IMG/VR virus record: IMGVR_UViG_3300030085_001856
Coordinates: 1 to 26,759 of that record
Direction: 5' to 3' (one strand)
DNA from: a virus
Taxonomy: Duplodnaviria; Caudoviricetes
DNA: 26,759 nucleotides
Shown: positions 1 through 9,335 of the stretch, in pieces
Layout: every line of letters starts with the position of its first letter
Numbering within the stretch: position 1 is the stretch's first letter
Position numbers and translations under genes: made by a program
The notes under the pieces: model-generated
Told to the model about the DNA's origin: nothing
Database searches by the model: none
The model's input: the letters and a program-made list of their open reading frames with translations, nothing else

Positions 1-1668
1 CCAAAGATCGCCTTCGTCTAAATCTGTGGTTGGTGCGTTATCTGATACGCGATAGCGAGCGTTGAAGTCATTGATGTCATCGCTGAGCTGGACAACGTCA
101 GTCTCTTTAGCAATGAGCTTGTGATAGGTGTAAGTGTTGAGCGTGCTGGTGGTCTGCACCTGCAGGCCCAGGCCGGCGCCCAGCGTGGTGCTTTGCAGGC
201 TGCTGGGGAAGCCGTTGATTGTGACTGTGACATTGCCGGTTGTGCGGCCAGTAGTACTCACGCCGCTGGCATCAACTACAACGCCACCTGCGTCAGCAAT
301 CGACACCACCGTGCCAGCGTTGTCGCTGGGGTCAGGGTTGGTTGTCGGGAAGCTGGTCTCGTTTGGAATGGCAACAAAGCCGCCCAGGGCGTTGAGCAAG
401 CCAGACACAAACGTGTTGACTGCTGAGCTGGTGGGAATGTCGTTGGTGTTGGCAGGTGTCAGCGTGCTGCTGATCGTCTTGCCATCCAGCTGGTTCAGCT
501 CTGATGTAGATGCAGTCAGGCCGTCAGTGACGTTTAGCTCAGTAGCGTTCGCGGTAACGCCATCAAGAATGTTGAGTTCTGACGTGGTGGATGTGACGCC
601 ATCCAGCTTGTTCAGCTCTGTGGTGCTGAGCGTGGCGCCATCGAGCACCTGCACTTCTGCCTGAGTTAGATCAGCAAGAGCAGATGCAGTGGTTGCTGGC
701 ATCGTGGCCAGCTCTGTCAGCTCAGCATCAAGCGGCTGCTTGCCGTTGATCTGGTTCTGAATTGCAGAGGTAACGCCGTCGACAAAGTTCAGTTCTGCGG
801 TTGTAGGCGTCAGGCCGTCCAGCTTGTTGATCTCAGCCGTTGATGCTGTGACACCGTCAAGCTTGTTCAGTTCAACTGTGTTGGCAGTGATGCCATCAAG
901 CGTGTTGATTTCTGCGGCAGTAGCCGTAACGCCATCAAGAATGTTTAGCTCTGCAGTGGTCGACGTAACGCCGTCCAGCTTGTTGAGTTCTGCGGTGCTG
1001 GCAGTAACTCCGTCGAGCTTGTTTAGCTCAGCTGTAGACGCAGTAATCCCGTCAAGGGTGTTCAGCTCTGATGTAGTGACAGTGGCGCCGTCCAGGACCT
1101 GTGTCTCTGCCTGAGTCAGATCTGCCAATGCGCTGGCAGTGCCAGACGACATGGTCGCCAGTTCTGTCAGCTCAGCGTCAAGCGGCTGAAAGTTGGTGTC
1201 GACGTAGTTCTTGGTGGCCGCGTGCTGCGCTGCGGTTGGGTCCGCAACGTTAATGATCTTTTTGTTCTGTGCGTCCTGGCCGGCAAGCGTCGACTGGATG
1301 TTGGCTGCTTGCTCGTCGTCCTGCTCCTGCAGCAAGAACAAAAACTGCTGGTTTGACTTATCAAGGTCGTCTGCGATCAGTGTCGACCCGTCGGTGTAGT
1401 CGACCAGGGCGTTGTTGAGAGGGGTGTCGCGAAACACCACTACCGCAACGCCAGACTTGGGTGCGCCCGTAGTGGTTTGCGTCGACGTCTCTGACGCCAA
1501 CGTGTTCATCACCACCTTCTTAGGACTGGTCGACGTGTCGACCGTAAATGCCGTAGTAGCAACTTCGTTGAGAGCCACTTTGATGTGGCCCTCTTCGATG
1601 TACGCAAAGGAGATGTTGAACTCCTTAGTCGAGCCGTTGCCGGTGTAAGAGTCCTCTGCGAACGGCAT
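1..1668 (-). CDS. gp17: Tail fibre protein (T7 gp17-like N-terminal anchor), 3'-truncated by the window edge
   Basis: Absent from the ORF track because no stop lies in the window. Hand translation from ATG at 1668: MPFAEDSYTGNGSTKEFNISFAYIEEGHIKV...VVVFRDTP...VDYTDGSTLIADDLDKSNQQFLFLLQE, a typical T7 tail-fibre N-terminus. It continues KIINVADPTAAQHAATKNYVD and into 13-aa repeats, and is open for 556 codons to base 1. Confidence 0.92.
   Translation of the reverse strand, partial: MPFAEDSYTGNGSTKEFNISFAYIEEGHIKVALNEVATTAFTVDTSTSPKKVVMNTLASETSTQTTTGAPKSGVAVVVFRDTPLNNALVDYTDGSTLIADDLDKSNQQFLFLLQEQDDEQAANIQSTLAGQDAQNKKIINVADPTAAQHAATKNYVDTNFQPLDAELTELATMSSGTASALADLTQAETQVLDGATVTTSELNTLDGITASTAELNKLDGVTASTAELNKLDGVTSTTAELNILDGVTATAAEINTLDGITANTVELNKLDGVTASTAEINKLDGLTPTTAELNFVDGVTSAIQNQINGKQPLDAELTELATMPATTASALADLTQAEVQVLDGATLSTTELNKLDGVTSTTSELNILDGVTANATELNVTDGLTASTSELNQLDGKTISSTLTPANTNDIPTSSAVNTFVSGLLNALGGFVAIPNETSFPTTNPDPSDNAGTVVSIADAGGVVVDASGVSTTGRTTGNVTVTINGFPSSLQSTTLGAGLGLQVQTTSTLNTYTYHKLIAKETDVVQLSDDINDFNARYRVSDNAPTTDLDEGDLW
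481..1188 (-). repeat. Coding tandem repeat of 39 bp / 13 aa (consensus ELNKLDGVTASTA) in two blocks, each led by a duplicated module
   Basis: About 9 units at ~770-1107 and about 5 units at ~481-657. The module QPLDAELTELATM..ASALADLTQ occurs at 1111-1188 and 661-738, offset by 450 bp. Confidence 0.92.
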
Positions 1669-1670
1669 TG

Positions 1671-4600
1671 CTAGGTTCCGACTGCTTGAATAAAGTTACC
1701 AACCTCTTGGGTTAGGCGCCCACTGCCTTGTGGTGCGCTAGCAATGGCCTCGTCTCGCTCAATGACAGGGCGCAGTGCTTCTGCCACTTCTCGCTCAACG
1801 GCCCTGCGCTGATCGTCAATAAAGTCCTGCTCGTTGTCGGCAGCAACTTTCTCTTCGTGCGCCTGCAGAAACTCGTTGCCACGCGGCGTTGTTTCAAGCC
1901 ACATGCCAACAGCTCGCTCTCTGTACTGCTTGACGATTGCGTACAGCTCGACCAGGCGCTCGCTCTTCTGCTCTTCGCCCCTGATGCCAGACCGGCGTGG
2001 CGACAGTGCTTGGTACTGGCGGGACGCAATGCGCTCTGCCAATGCTTGCTCCATCGTCTTGCCGTTGATCTTGAGCGTTGCGCCAAGCGCAATAATCTCG
2101 TTTGTGTCGTTGTGCGTGACCTGCAGGCCGCGGCTGGTGAGCTTGTTGAGGTTGATAACACGCCCGTCAGGCCGCTTGGTCGACAGGTTGGTCCGCGTGT
2201 AAAACACAATCGGCGTGGGGTGATGCTGTTGCAGCAGGTTGAACTCTGTGTGCACAGGCATGTAGTCAGCGCCTTTGACTGACTTAAATGCGGCATGCGG
2301 CATGCCTTGCTGCACAGCTGCCTTGAGCCAGCGGTTGGCCTCAAGCGCTTCTAGGTAGGTGTCAGCTGAGCTGGTTTTGTGCAGGGCAAAGCCAGTGATT
2401 GGGTCAAGCACCACAGGCTGCTGGTTGACGCCGGGCAGCTGCACCTCAACGCTGGAACGCATTTGCTCCAGCAGCTTCATGACGTAGCCCAATGGGCCGT
2501 CAGGCGTGTAGCCGTCACGGTCTGCGCGGAAACGCATTTCGGTGGCGTCGTTCTGCAGATTGCGCAAGAAAGCAGGGACAAAGCTGCTGACCTTGCGAGG
2601 CAGGATGTAGCTGGCGCCGCGATCTAGGCGTTCGGCAAGGTCCATGCCGTCGTCGTTTTCGTTGCCTTGGATCATCTGCAGCGTCGTCATCAGTTCATCC
2701 AAGCCGCCAAACACGTCGCGGGTTAGAGCGTCGAGGCTGACTGCGCGGGCTGTTTGCGCCAGCAGCAAGATGGCGCCATTCATCTGCTCTTCGACTTGCT
2801 GCTCTGTAAGCAGGTCAGCGTCGGTGCGCACCCGGCCAACAATGGCCAACGCTGTAGTCAGCGTGTCAAACGCCTGCACGCTGTGCCAATCAGTTGGGCC
2901 GTCAGGCGTGTTGACGCGAATCGAGAAGCCTGGGGACCGGACAATTTCGTTGAGCTGGCTGCGCTGATAGCTGGCTGGGTTGGCGCCAGTCACCTCAATA
3001 GCGCCGCCGTCAATGAGCTGGTTAATCAGCACGAACGTGCCCCAGCCAACAGCAATCTCGCCAATGGCTCGCGCCCTGGTAGCCGGGTTCTCGCTCAGCA
3101 TGTCTTTCCACCAGGTGTCGACAAACACCCCCCACCCAAAAGCTCGTGCTCCTGATTTCACAATGTTGACTGGCGTCTTCATGATCGGAGTCAGCCACTT
3201 GCCAAGTGCGTTGTGGTGGATCTCGTTGACAGCACGGCTTGGGACATTGAATCTTTGCGTCCACGTCACCGCCCATTCCGGTACGTCCTCCATGTGCTGC
3301 ATGGCGCGTGCATGAATTTCAGCCGCTTGCGTCAGCCCTTCTTCCCGTGCAATTGCAACACCGCGGGTGTAAGTGCGCTCTGCAATGTCTTCTCTGGACA
3401 GCCGCAACTTGTCTGAGAACTGAATGAAGTTCAGGATCTCGTCTGCTGCAGAGCCTGTAATTGCGCCGTCTTTGACGACAGTGCCGTTGGCAAGGTGAAC
3501 GTCGACAAATTGACGTTTGGTTTTTGCCAGCGCTTCTGTCATTGCCCAATCAAACGCTTTCTGCCCTTTCAGGCCGTGCTGCGTTTCTGCAGCAGTGAGC
3601 ATTTCGTCAAGGTTGTGGGTCAGGTTTTGAGCAGGACCGACCATGTAATTGAAAAACGTGTCGATGCCAGCTGCCACGCGGCCGCCCTGGCCGAGCACTG
3701 ACAACGCCGCTTTGCCGGTTTTGTCGTAGACATCCCTGGCTGACGCCACGCCTAGGGCATGGTTCAGGTGGCTGACCATGTTGCCCTTGTTGGGGTTGCT
3801 GAAATCAAACTCCTGCATGATCCGTGTGCCGCTGTTCGTCGTCCGCATTTGGAACGACTCCTGCATGGCCTCGTCAAAATCAGTGCCGCCGGTAAAACCA
3901 GCGCGACCAAAGCTGCGGTTTTCTTTAAACGCTGTAAGCGCCATGCGAAACGCATTAGGCACGTTCAGCAGGTATTGCTGCATCTGCAGTGGCGCCAGGC
4001 TGGCCCGACGCACAGACAAATAAGCTTGCACATCTTGGCCGCGCAACTTTTGCGCAGCGCCAATAGCTAGATGACCAGCGCCTTCTGCAATAGGCGCAGT
4101 CAGGGTTCGGTAGGCAGAGCCCAGGCCCATCTTCCACCAGGTTTGGCCGCTAAACAAAATGGCGCCGCGATAAGCCTCAAACAGGTAGTTGCGGTTGACG
4201 CTGCCTTTGCCGCCTTTTTCAAGCAGCTCTGCCATGTGGATCTGCACAGCAGGCGTTTCGCGCACCAGCTGCGAGAACATTGCGCCGACCTCTTGCGTTT
4301 CTGCGTCGTCAACGCCGTCTTGAATTTTGGCCAGCAGGTCTTCGTCCAGCAGCTCCGTCATCGGCTGCATCGGCTCGCGCAGCACGCCGTCAACACCTGC
4401 GCCGATGGCGTTAGTTGCGTCGCCTGCCTCTGGATCAGTGGCCACGTCGCTGTCAATAACCCTGTCAGCAACGTCTTTGTTAAAGATGACAACCTCGTCG
4501 TAGGGGTTTTGCCCTGGCTTGTAGTTGCCCTCGTAGCGGATGCCGTCAAAGCCAGCCTGTGTGGCGTAATCGCGAATGGCTTCGATCTGCTCGTTAGTGA

Positions 4601-7600
4601 GCTTGATGCCTTTGCCGTCAGCAAGCGGGGCGCCTAGGGCCAACTCGCGCAACAAGTCTTGGATGCGCTTGTTGGACGAGTACAGGTCCATGATCTTGAC
4701 GTCAGACGTCAGCGAACCGACGGCCTGGCTGTCGCCCCAGTCCATGCTGGTTGAGGCGTCAGTGGTCATGTAGATGCCGTCGCCCATTAAGCCCGGCGTC
4801 ACTGTCTCTTCTGTAAAGCCGTTGCCGAGCACGCTTTCAACACGTTCTGCGCTGCCGTTGACCCGCAGCTTTTGACCAGCTGGCAGCTGCATGTCCAGCG
4901 CACCGTCTGCAGGCTTGTTCTTGCCGACGCGGAGCATCTGGCCGGCCATGCGCATCATCCGTCGGTATTGGCGATCAAGTTGCGTCATCTCGCTGTAGGA
5001 GACGACGAGCGCCTTTAGCTGCTCTGCCTTGAAGTCAGGCTCAACAGCGTTTTCGTACTCAATGCTGCGCAAGCGGGCTGCGTTCTGCGCGTTGTCACGC
5101 ATCATCTGCAGCGCAGTCAGAGCAACAACGTGCTGACCTGACTCAGGGCTGCCTGCATCCAGCATGCGCTGGATTCCTTCCAGCACTTCTTGCGGGCCGT
5201 CAAACCGTTTGATGTGGTCAAGCGCTGCGCGAGCAAGGTCGCTTTCTTTGAACTCAGGGATCCCGGTCAGATCCGCCATGTTTTCGTTCATCACACGCCG
5301 CAAGGCGTAGTAGGCAGAAGCCAGCTCCTCCTGGGTGTGCTCGATGTACCGGGTCTTGCCGCTGCGGCTGATGCCACGGCGCACCTCGTTGGCCAGGGCT
5401 TCGTCAATCTCGATGTCGCCAGCCTGGATTCGCTCGTCGCCTTCTTTGCGGCGTGCCGAAAATTTCTTAGCTGCCTCTTCTGGGTCAATGTCTGGCACTG
5501 CAAAAGCAGCAAGCCGGCCACCGTCAAACTCAATCGGCTCGCGAGTTGCTGCCATTTCGCCAGATGCAGCTGATTCGAATACGTCATTCCATGTCCGGTA
5601 GCCGCGGCCCTTCAGCCAGTTGTTGACTCTTGCTGCAATATCCAGCAGCTTTTGCAGCGGCTGCGCCCAGGTGACTTTCTTGGTCACAAGCCCTGGGTCA
5701 TCTGCCATTGCTTGGAACGCAACAGCTTGCACCTCAATAGGCGACATGCGTCCGTTAAGGATGTTTTGCCGCATGGCCGCGTTGTATTTAGCGGCCAGTT
5801 GCCGCAGTTCTGGCAATGCGTCTTGCAGGATTTTGCGCTCTGCCTCAGTCAGATAGCGCTGCTGGATGCGGTGAAACGCCTCGTGGAAAGCAACCTGCTT
5901 GCGCAGGCTGAATTCGTAAAGGCGACCACCTGAGCCCTCGGCCAAATAGATAAGGTCGCCAGCTGGGTTGTAAGGGCTGGCTTGATAAAGGCCAGCTGCG
6001 CGGATGTTGGTGCCAGTAGGAACGCCGTAGGATTTTGCTTGCGCAGCATCCATGGCAAAGTTCATTTCGTCGCGGAACTCGACGTTGACCGGGCCAGCAA
6101 TCTCTTGAACCTGCATGAGCAAGTCAGTCTGATCTGCCTGGCGGATGCGCAGCTCGTCTGTCAGATCCTCGCCAATGCGGCCGCCAGGGTTAGGCCCAAA
6201 GTCAATCTCGCCGCTTAGCCGGCCACTGCTGTCTGCTGCGCCGAAGTCCCCAAGCTGCAGCTGTTTAGGTGCGTTGGGATTGTTGTAAATGCCTGCTTGC
6301 TTTAGGTGCTCCCTGATGCGGATACCAGTGCCTTGAATTGTTTCCGGCTCAATGCCGATGCTGTCCAGCCACTTAAGAAAATCTGTGCGGCGCTTAGACG
6401 CCTTTTTGCTTGTGGCAATAAAAATTGCTCGGTCGACGTCTGACTCAAAATTGAGCAAAACATCGCCTGCTTTAGCTCGCGATTTTGCAAGCTCAACAGG
6501 CAAGCGGATCGGGCCGTAGTCAACAACTTGCGGCTTAGGTGGCTCCGGCAACTCTGCGTCTGGCAGCTGCGGAATAGTCCGGCCGCCAATCTCGCTGGGG
6601 TTAGAGACGATTGCGCCCTTTGCCAGTTTCTCGCTGATTAACTGCTCGATCAGCTCGTTACGTTTGTCTTGCGGCAGGTCAGCCCTTGCCTTGTTGATGA
6701 TGTCTGAAATCTGCCGACGGACCTCGTCCTCTGTTGCCTTGCGCCGTGTTGCACGCTGCTCCTCTGTTTGCGGTGCTTGCTCTTCTGCCTGCCTGTTTGC
6801 CTTAGCTTGCGCCTGCTCCAGCTGGGCAGCTTTAGCTTGCGCCTGCTTAGGAATCAGATCCTTGGTGACGTAGCTGTCGAGTACCTGGGCAATGCGCTCT
6901 GAGTTCTCGCGTGCAACTGCAGCAGCACCTTTGCCCGGCCGGACCTGCTCGGCCATTTCTTTCAGCAAGTCATTCAGCGGGCCGGTCATGCCAGCCATCT
7001 GGTTAAAGACTCGCTCGCCAATAATCGCTTGCTCGCGGGCGGTCTTGCTTTGCTCAACGTCTAAAACGTTGCCAGCATCCACCAGCGTGTTGGCCTTGCC
7101 GGTGTCGGTGACGGCGCCCAGGGCCCTGATCTTTGTTTTCTGCAGGCTGCGCACATGAATGCGAATGTCCAGCAGTTTTTGAAAATTGCTCGACGTCAGC
7201 TCCTCTAGGCCCAGGCCAGGCAGTACGCCTGTGTCAATCTCGGTGGTAACGGTTGCCTCGCTGCCGAGCGCCACGGCTTCGCGCACGCGCTCAACACCCC
7301 ATTTCTTCTTAGTTGCAACGCCGAGAATGTCGCGTTGCACCTGTGCCGGCAGGCCACCTTTGCCGATTGCAGAGCCAATCTCCTCGCTGACGTCACCAGC
7401 AACGACCTTGTCAAACAGGTCTTGCGGCAGATCGCGCAGGCCAATGGCGACGCGGGCGACAGAGCCAGAAGGCGCGACGCCCATAGAGGCCATCTCTTCA
7501 ATGCTCATGCCGGTGTCGCGCAGCACTTTGGCTGCGTCTGTCGGCGTGCCGTTGCGGTTGGCGATGTTGCTCATCGCGCCGATAGTTCGGGCAGTTGCAA

Positions 7601-9302
7601 CGTCCGGGGCGTCGATGAACTGCACGTTGACGCCGCCCTCGTAGCCCAGGCGGTTGGCCAGGTCCAGGCGGTTATGGCCGTCTACCGCATAAACACGGCC
7701 AGGGTTAGCTGGGTCGATTTCGCCAGCAGCATCACGCCAGGCCAGGATCGTGCCGGCCAGGTTGGGGTTGTAGCGGGCTGCATCAGACAGCACGCCACTA
7801 GCGCCTGACTTAGTGACCAAGCCAGCAGCCTTGTACTGCAGTGCTTTTGGCGCAGCAAAAATTTGCTGACGGGGCAGCGTAGCCACCTGCTCGTAGCTGG
7901 GCGTTTGCAGCTCGGGGCGAGCTGTCGGCAGGTCAGACACGCCGGGCGACGACGCCACCTCTGCCTTGGCAATCAACGTCTCGTGCTTTTCAGCAGCAAC
8001 CTGCAGTTCGTTTTCAGCACGCTGCTTAATGTCTGCGACTTCTTCCGGCGTCAGCGGGCGAAGTTGTGGTTGCTCAAATTGCTCTGGGCGCTGGAAGCCT
8101 TCTTGATCTCTGAGCTGCTCAATCTTGCGCTGCTCTGCCAACTTGTCGCTGGCTGCACGCTTAGCGCGACGCTCTGCTGCATTGACGACAGTGACCTGCG
8201 GATCGGTAACGACCTGCGGCGCAGCGTTGTTGACCTCGCCCAGCACCTGGGCCCGCATGAATTGCAACGACTTTTGCAGCACTTCTTTTGTGCTGGCGTG
8301 CAGTTCAGCTGCAAATGCAGGAGTTCTGGCGCCGCTTTTGCGAATCTGGTTTAGGCCGTAGAAACCAAGCTCCATCGCCCCGCCCAGGGGGATGTTGAAC
8401 ATGACCTCGTCGGCAATCGCTTTGATCTGCCTGACAGCTAGCGGATCTTCTGGGTTGATCGTCAGCGGATTGAGGACAGTGTCAATTGCCTCTTTGCTGA
8501 CGTTGTTCTTAATCGCCGGGATTTCAGCAACGGCGCTAGCAACAGCAGATGCAGTGGTGTTAGAGCCAGGGTCGGCGCCAGCGTTAATAAAAGACTGGAC
8601 AAGACCTGCTTGCCCGTATTCAATCAAGCCTTTTTTGAAAACTGCGCCTGCCTTTTCAAGGCCTGCCTTGCTCAACGGCTTTGGCTGGTTGGCAGCAGAC
8701 GCAAGCCGCTGAATGTTGCTCGGCGCTTGGTTGGCCAGTGAGCCGCGGCCACCTCGCACAAGAAAAATAAGTTGCGCCATCGACGCCAGCACATCAGTGC
8801 CGGTGTTCAGCAAATCATTGCCAGTGTCGACACGATCAACGCGGCCAATAAATGGCAACGGCGCATCGCGTTCAACCAGCTTGTAGCTGCCGTCGTCTTC
8901 AAGCTTGTAATAGTTGCGGGTCGGAATGATGCTGGGAGCAACCCCGCCTCCGCCAAAACCTGGTAACGGTCGCGGCTCGTTGTCGCCAAACAAAGACGCT
9001 CTGCCTCGCACTAGCGGCTTTCTGCTTTCAAAGCCGTCTTCGCCCAAGCGATATTCCTGAGTGTCGACTTCCATGTCGACGCCACCGCCACTAAGACCTG
9101 CAACTTGGTCGTACAAGAAGTTGTATAACGGCATGCCAACGCTTTGCGCGCCGCGCACAAGGGTTGCGGTGATTGGGTTGTCGAGGCCACCGCCGTCAGC
9201 AGATTCACGGCCTGACTCAAATCGCTCAGGCTCTTCCTGCTCTGGCTCATAACCGGCTGCAGCATCGCGTAGACGTTGCAGTTCTTCTTCGGTTAGAGCC
9301 AT
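1671..9302 (-). CDS. Giant internal virion protein (gp16 position), polyvalent: ParB-like, zincin metallopeptidase and ADP-ribosyltransferase-like domains
   Basis: 2543 aa, lying between the gp15-like gene and the tail fibre. Motifs: YAVDGHNRL (ParB-like); AFHEAFH...EVQA (gluzincin-like); GDGIYMT...GFDGIRY...DEVVIFN (ART-like); C-terminal PIMKTPVNI region typical of large ejection proteins. Confidence 0.8.
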   Translation of the reverse strand: MALTEEELQRLRDAAAGYEPEQEEPERFESGRESADGGGLDNPITATLVRGAQSVGMPLYNFLYDQVAGLSGGGVDMEVDTQEYRLGEDGFESRKPLVRGRASLFGDNEPRPLPGFGGGGVAPSIIPTRNYYKLEDDGSYKLVERDAPLPFIGRVDRVDTGNDLLNTGTDVLASMAQLIFLVRGGRGSLANQAPSNIQRLASAANQPKPLSKAGLEKAGAVFKKGLIEYGQAGLVQSFINAGADPGSNTTASAVASAVAEIPAIKNNVSKEAIDTVLNPLTINPEDPLAVRQIKAIADEVMFNIPLGGAMELGFYGLNQIRKSGARTPAFAAELHASTKEVLQKSLQFMRAQVLGEVNNAAPQVVTDPQVTVVNAAERRAKRAASDKLAEQRKIEQLRDQEGFQRPEQFEQPQLRPLTPEEVADIKQRAENELQVAAEKHETLIAKAEVASSPGVSDLPTARPELQTPSYEQVATLPRQQIFAAPKALQYKAAGLVTKSGASGVLSDAARYNPNLAGTILAWRDAAGEIDPANPGRVYAVDGHNRLDLANRLGYEGGVNVQFIDAPDVATARTIGAMSNIANRNGTPTDAAKVLRDTGMSIEEMASMGVAPSGSVARVAIGLRDLPQDLFDKVVAGDVSEEIGSAIGKGGLPAQVQRDILGVATKKKWGVERVREAVALGSEATVTTEIDTGVLPGLGLEELTSSNFQKLLDIRIHVRSLQKTKIRALGAVTDTGKANTLVDAGNVLDVEQSKTAREQAIIGERVFNQMAGMTGPLNDLLKEMAEQVRPGKGAAAVARENSERIAQVLDSYVTKDLIPKQAQAKAAQLEQAQAKANRQAEEQAPQTEEQRATRRKATEDEVRRQISDIINKARADLPQDKRNELIEQLISEKLAKGAIVSNPSEIGGRTIPQLPDAELPEPPKPQVVDYGPIRLPVELAKSRAKAGDVLLNFESDVDRAIFIATSKKASKRRTDFLKWLDSIGIEPETIQGTGIRIREHLKQAGIYNNPNAPKQLQLGDFGAADSSGRLSGEIDFGPNPGGRIGEDLTDELRIRQADQTDLLMQVQEIAGPVNVEFRDEMNFAMDAAQAKSYGVPTGTNIRAAGLYQASPYNPAGDLIYLAEGSGGRLYEFSLRKQVAFHEAFHRIQQRYLTEAERKILQDALPELRQLAAKYNAAMRQNILNGRMSPIEVQAVAFQAMADDPGLVTKKVTWAQPLQKLLDIAARVNNWLKGRGYRTWNDVFESAASGEMAATREPIEFDGGRLAAFAVPDIDPEEAAKKFSARRKEGDERIQAGDIEIDEALANEVRRGISRSGKTRYIEHTQEELASAYYALRRVMNENMADLTGIPEFKESDLARAALDHIKRFDGPQEVLEGIQRMLDAGSPESGQHVVALTALQMMRDNAQNAARLRSIEYENAVEPDFKAEQLKALVVSYSEMTQLDRQYRRMMRMAGQMLRVGKNKPADGALDMQLPAGQKLRVNGSAERVESVLGNGFTEETVTPGLMGDGIYMTTDASTSMDWGDSQAVGSLTSDVKIMDLYSSNKRIQDLLRELALGAPLADGKGIKLTNEQIEAIRDYATQAGFDGIRYEGNYKPGQNPYDEVVIFNKDVADRVIDSDVATDPEAGDATNAIGAGVDGVLREPMQPMTELLDEDLLAKIQDGVDDAETQEVGAMFSQLVRETPAVQIHMAELLEKGGKGSVNRNYLFEAYRGAILFSGQTWWKMGLGSAYRTLTAPIAEGAGHLAIGAAQKLRGQDVQAYLSVRRASLAPLQMQQYLLNVPNAFRMALTAFKENRSFGRAGFTGGTDFDEAMQESFQMRTTNSGTRIMQEFDFSNPNKGNMVSHLNHALGVASARDVYDKTGKAALSVLGQGGRVAAGIDTFFNYMVGPAQNLTHNLDEMLTAAETQHGLKGQKAFDWAMTEALAKTKRQFVDVHLANGTVVKDGAITGSAADEILNFIQFSDKLRLSREDIAERTYTRGVAIAREEGLTQAAEIHARAMQHMEDVPEWAVTWTQRFNVPSRAVNEIHHNALGKWLTPIMKTPVNIVKSGARAFGWGVFVDTWWKDMLSENPATRARAIGEIAVGWGTFVLINQLIDGGAIEVTGANPASYQRSQLNEIVRSPGFSIRVNTPDGPTDWHSVQAFDTLTTALAIVGRVRTDADLLTEQQVEEQMNGAILLLAQTARAVSLDALTRDVFGGLDELMTTLQMIQGNENDDGMDLAERLDRGASYILPRKVSSFVPAFLRNLQNDATEMRFRADRDGYTPDGPLGYVMKLLEQMRSSVEVQLPGVNQQPVVLDPITGFALHKTSSADTYLEALEANRWLKAAVQQGMPHAAFKSVKGADYMPVHTEFNLLQQHHPTPIVFYTRTNLSTKRPDGRVINLNKLTSRGLQVTHNDTNEIIALGATLKINGKTMEQALAERIASRQYQALSPRRSGIRGEEQKSERLVELYAIVKQYRERAVGMWLETTPRGNEFLQAHEEKVAADNEQDFIDDQRRAVEREVAEALRPVIERDEAIASAPQGSGRLTQEVGNFIQAVGT

Positions 9303-9335
9303 TACGTCACTCGTCGTTCCGCTTATTTTGCAGCG

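Noticed and set aside
481-1110. Regular ~39-bp periodicity resembling a CRISPR array
   Set aside because: Units are contiguous, in frame and vary at third codon positions; there are no unique spacers and no cas genes.
121-1648. Plus-strand ORFs (134-664, 824-1114, 1412-1648 and others) with Ser/Val-rich repeats
   Set aside because: They are antisense shadows of the minus-strand tail-fibre gene and its 39-bp repeats.
6245-6270. QLQLGDF in the giant protein as a beta-clamp binding motif
   Set aside because: Poor match to QL[S/D]LF and expected by chance in a 2543-aa protein.
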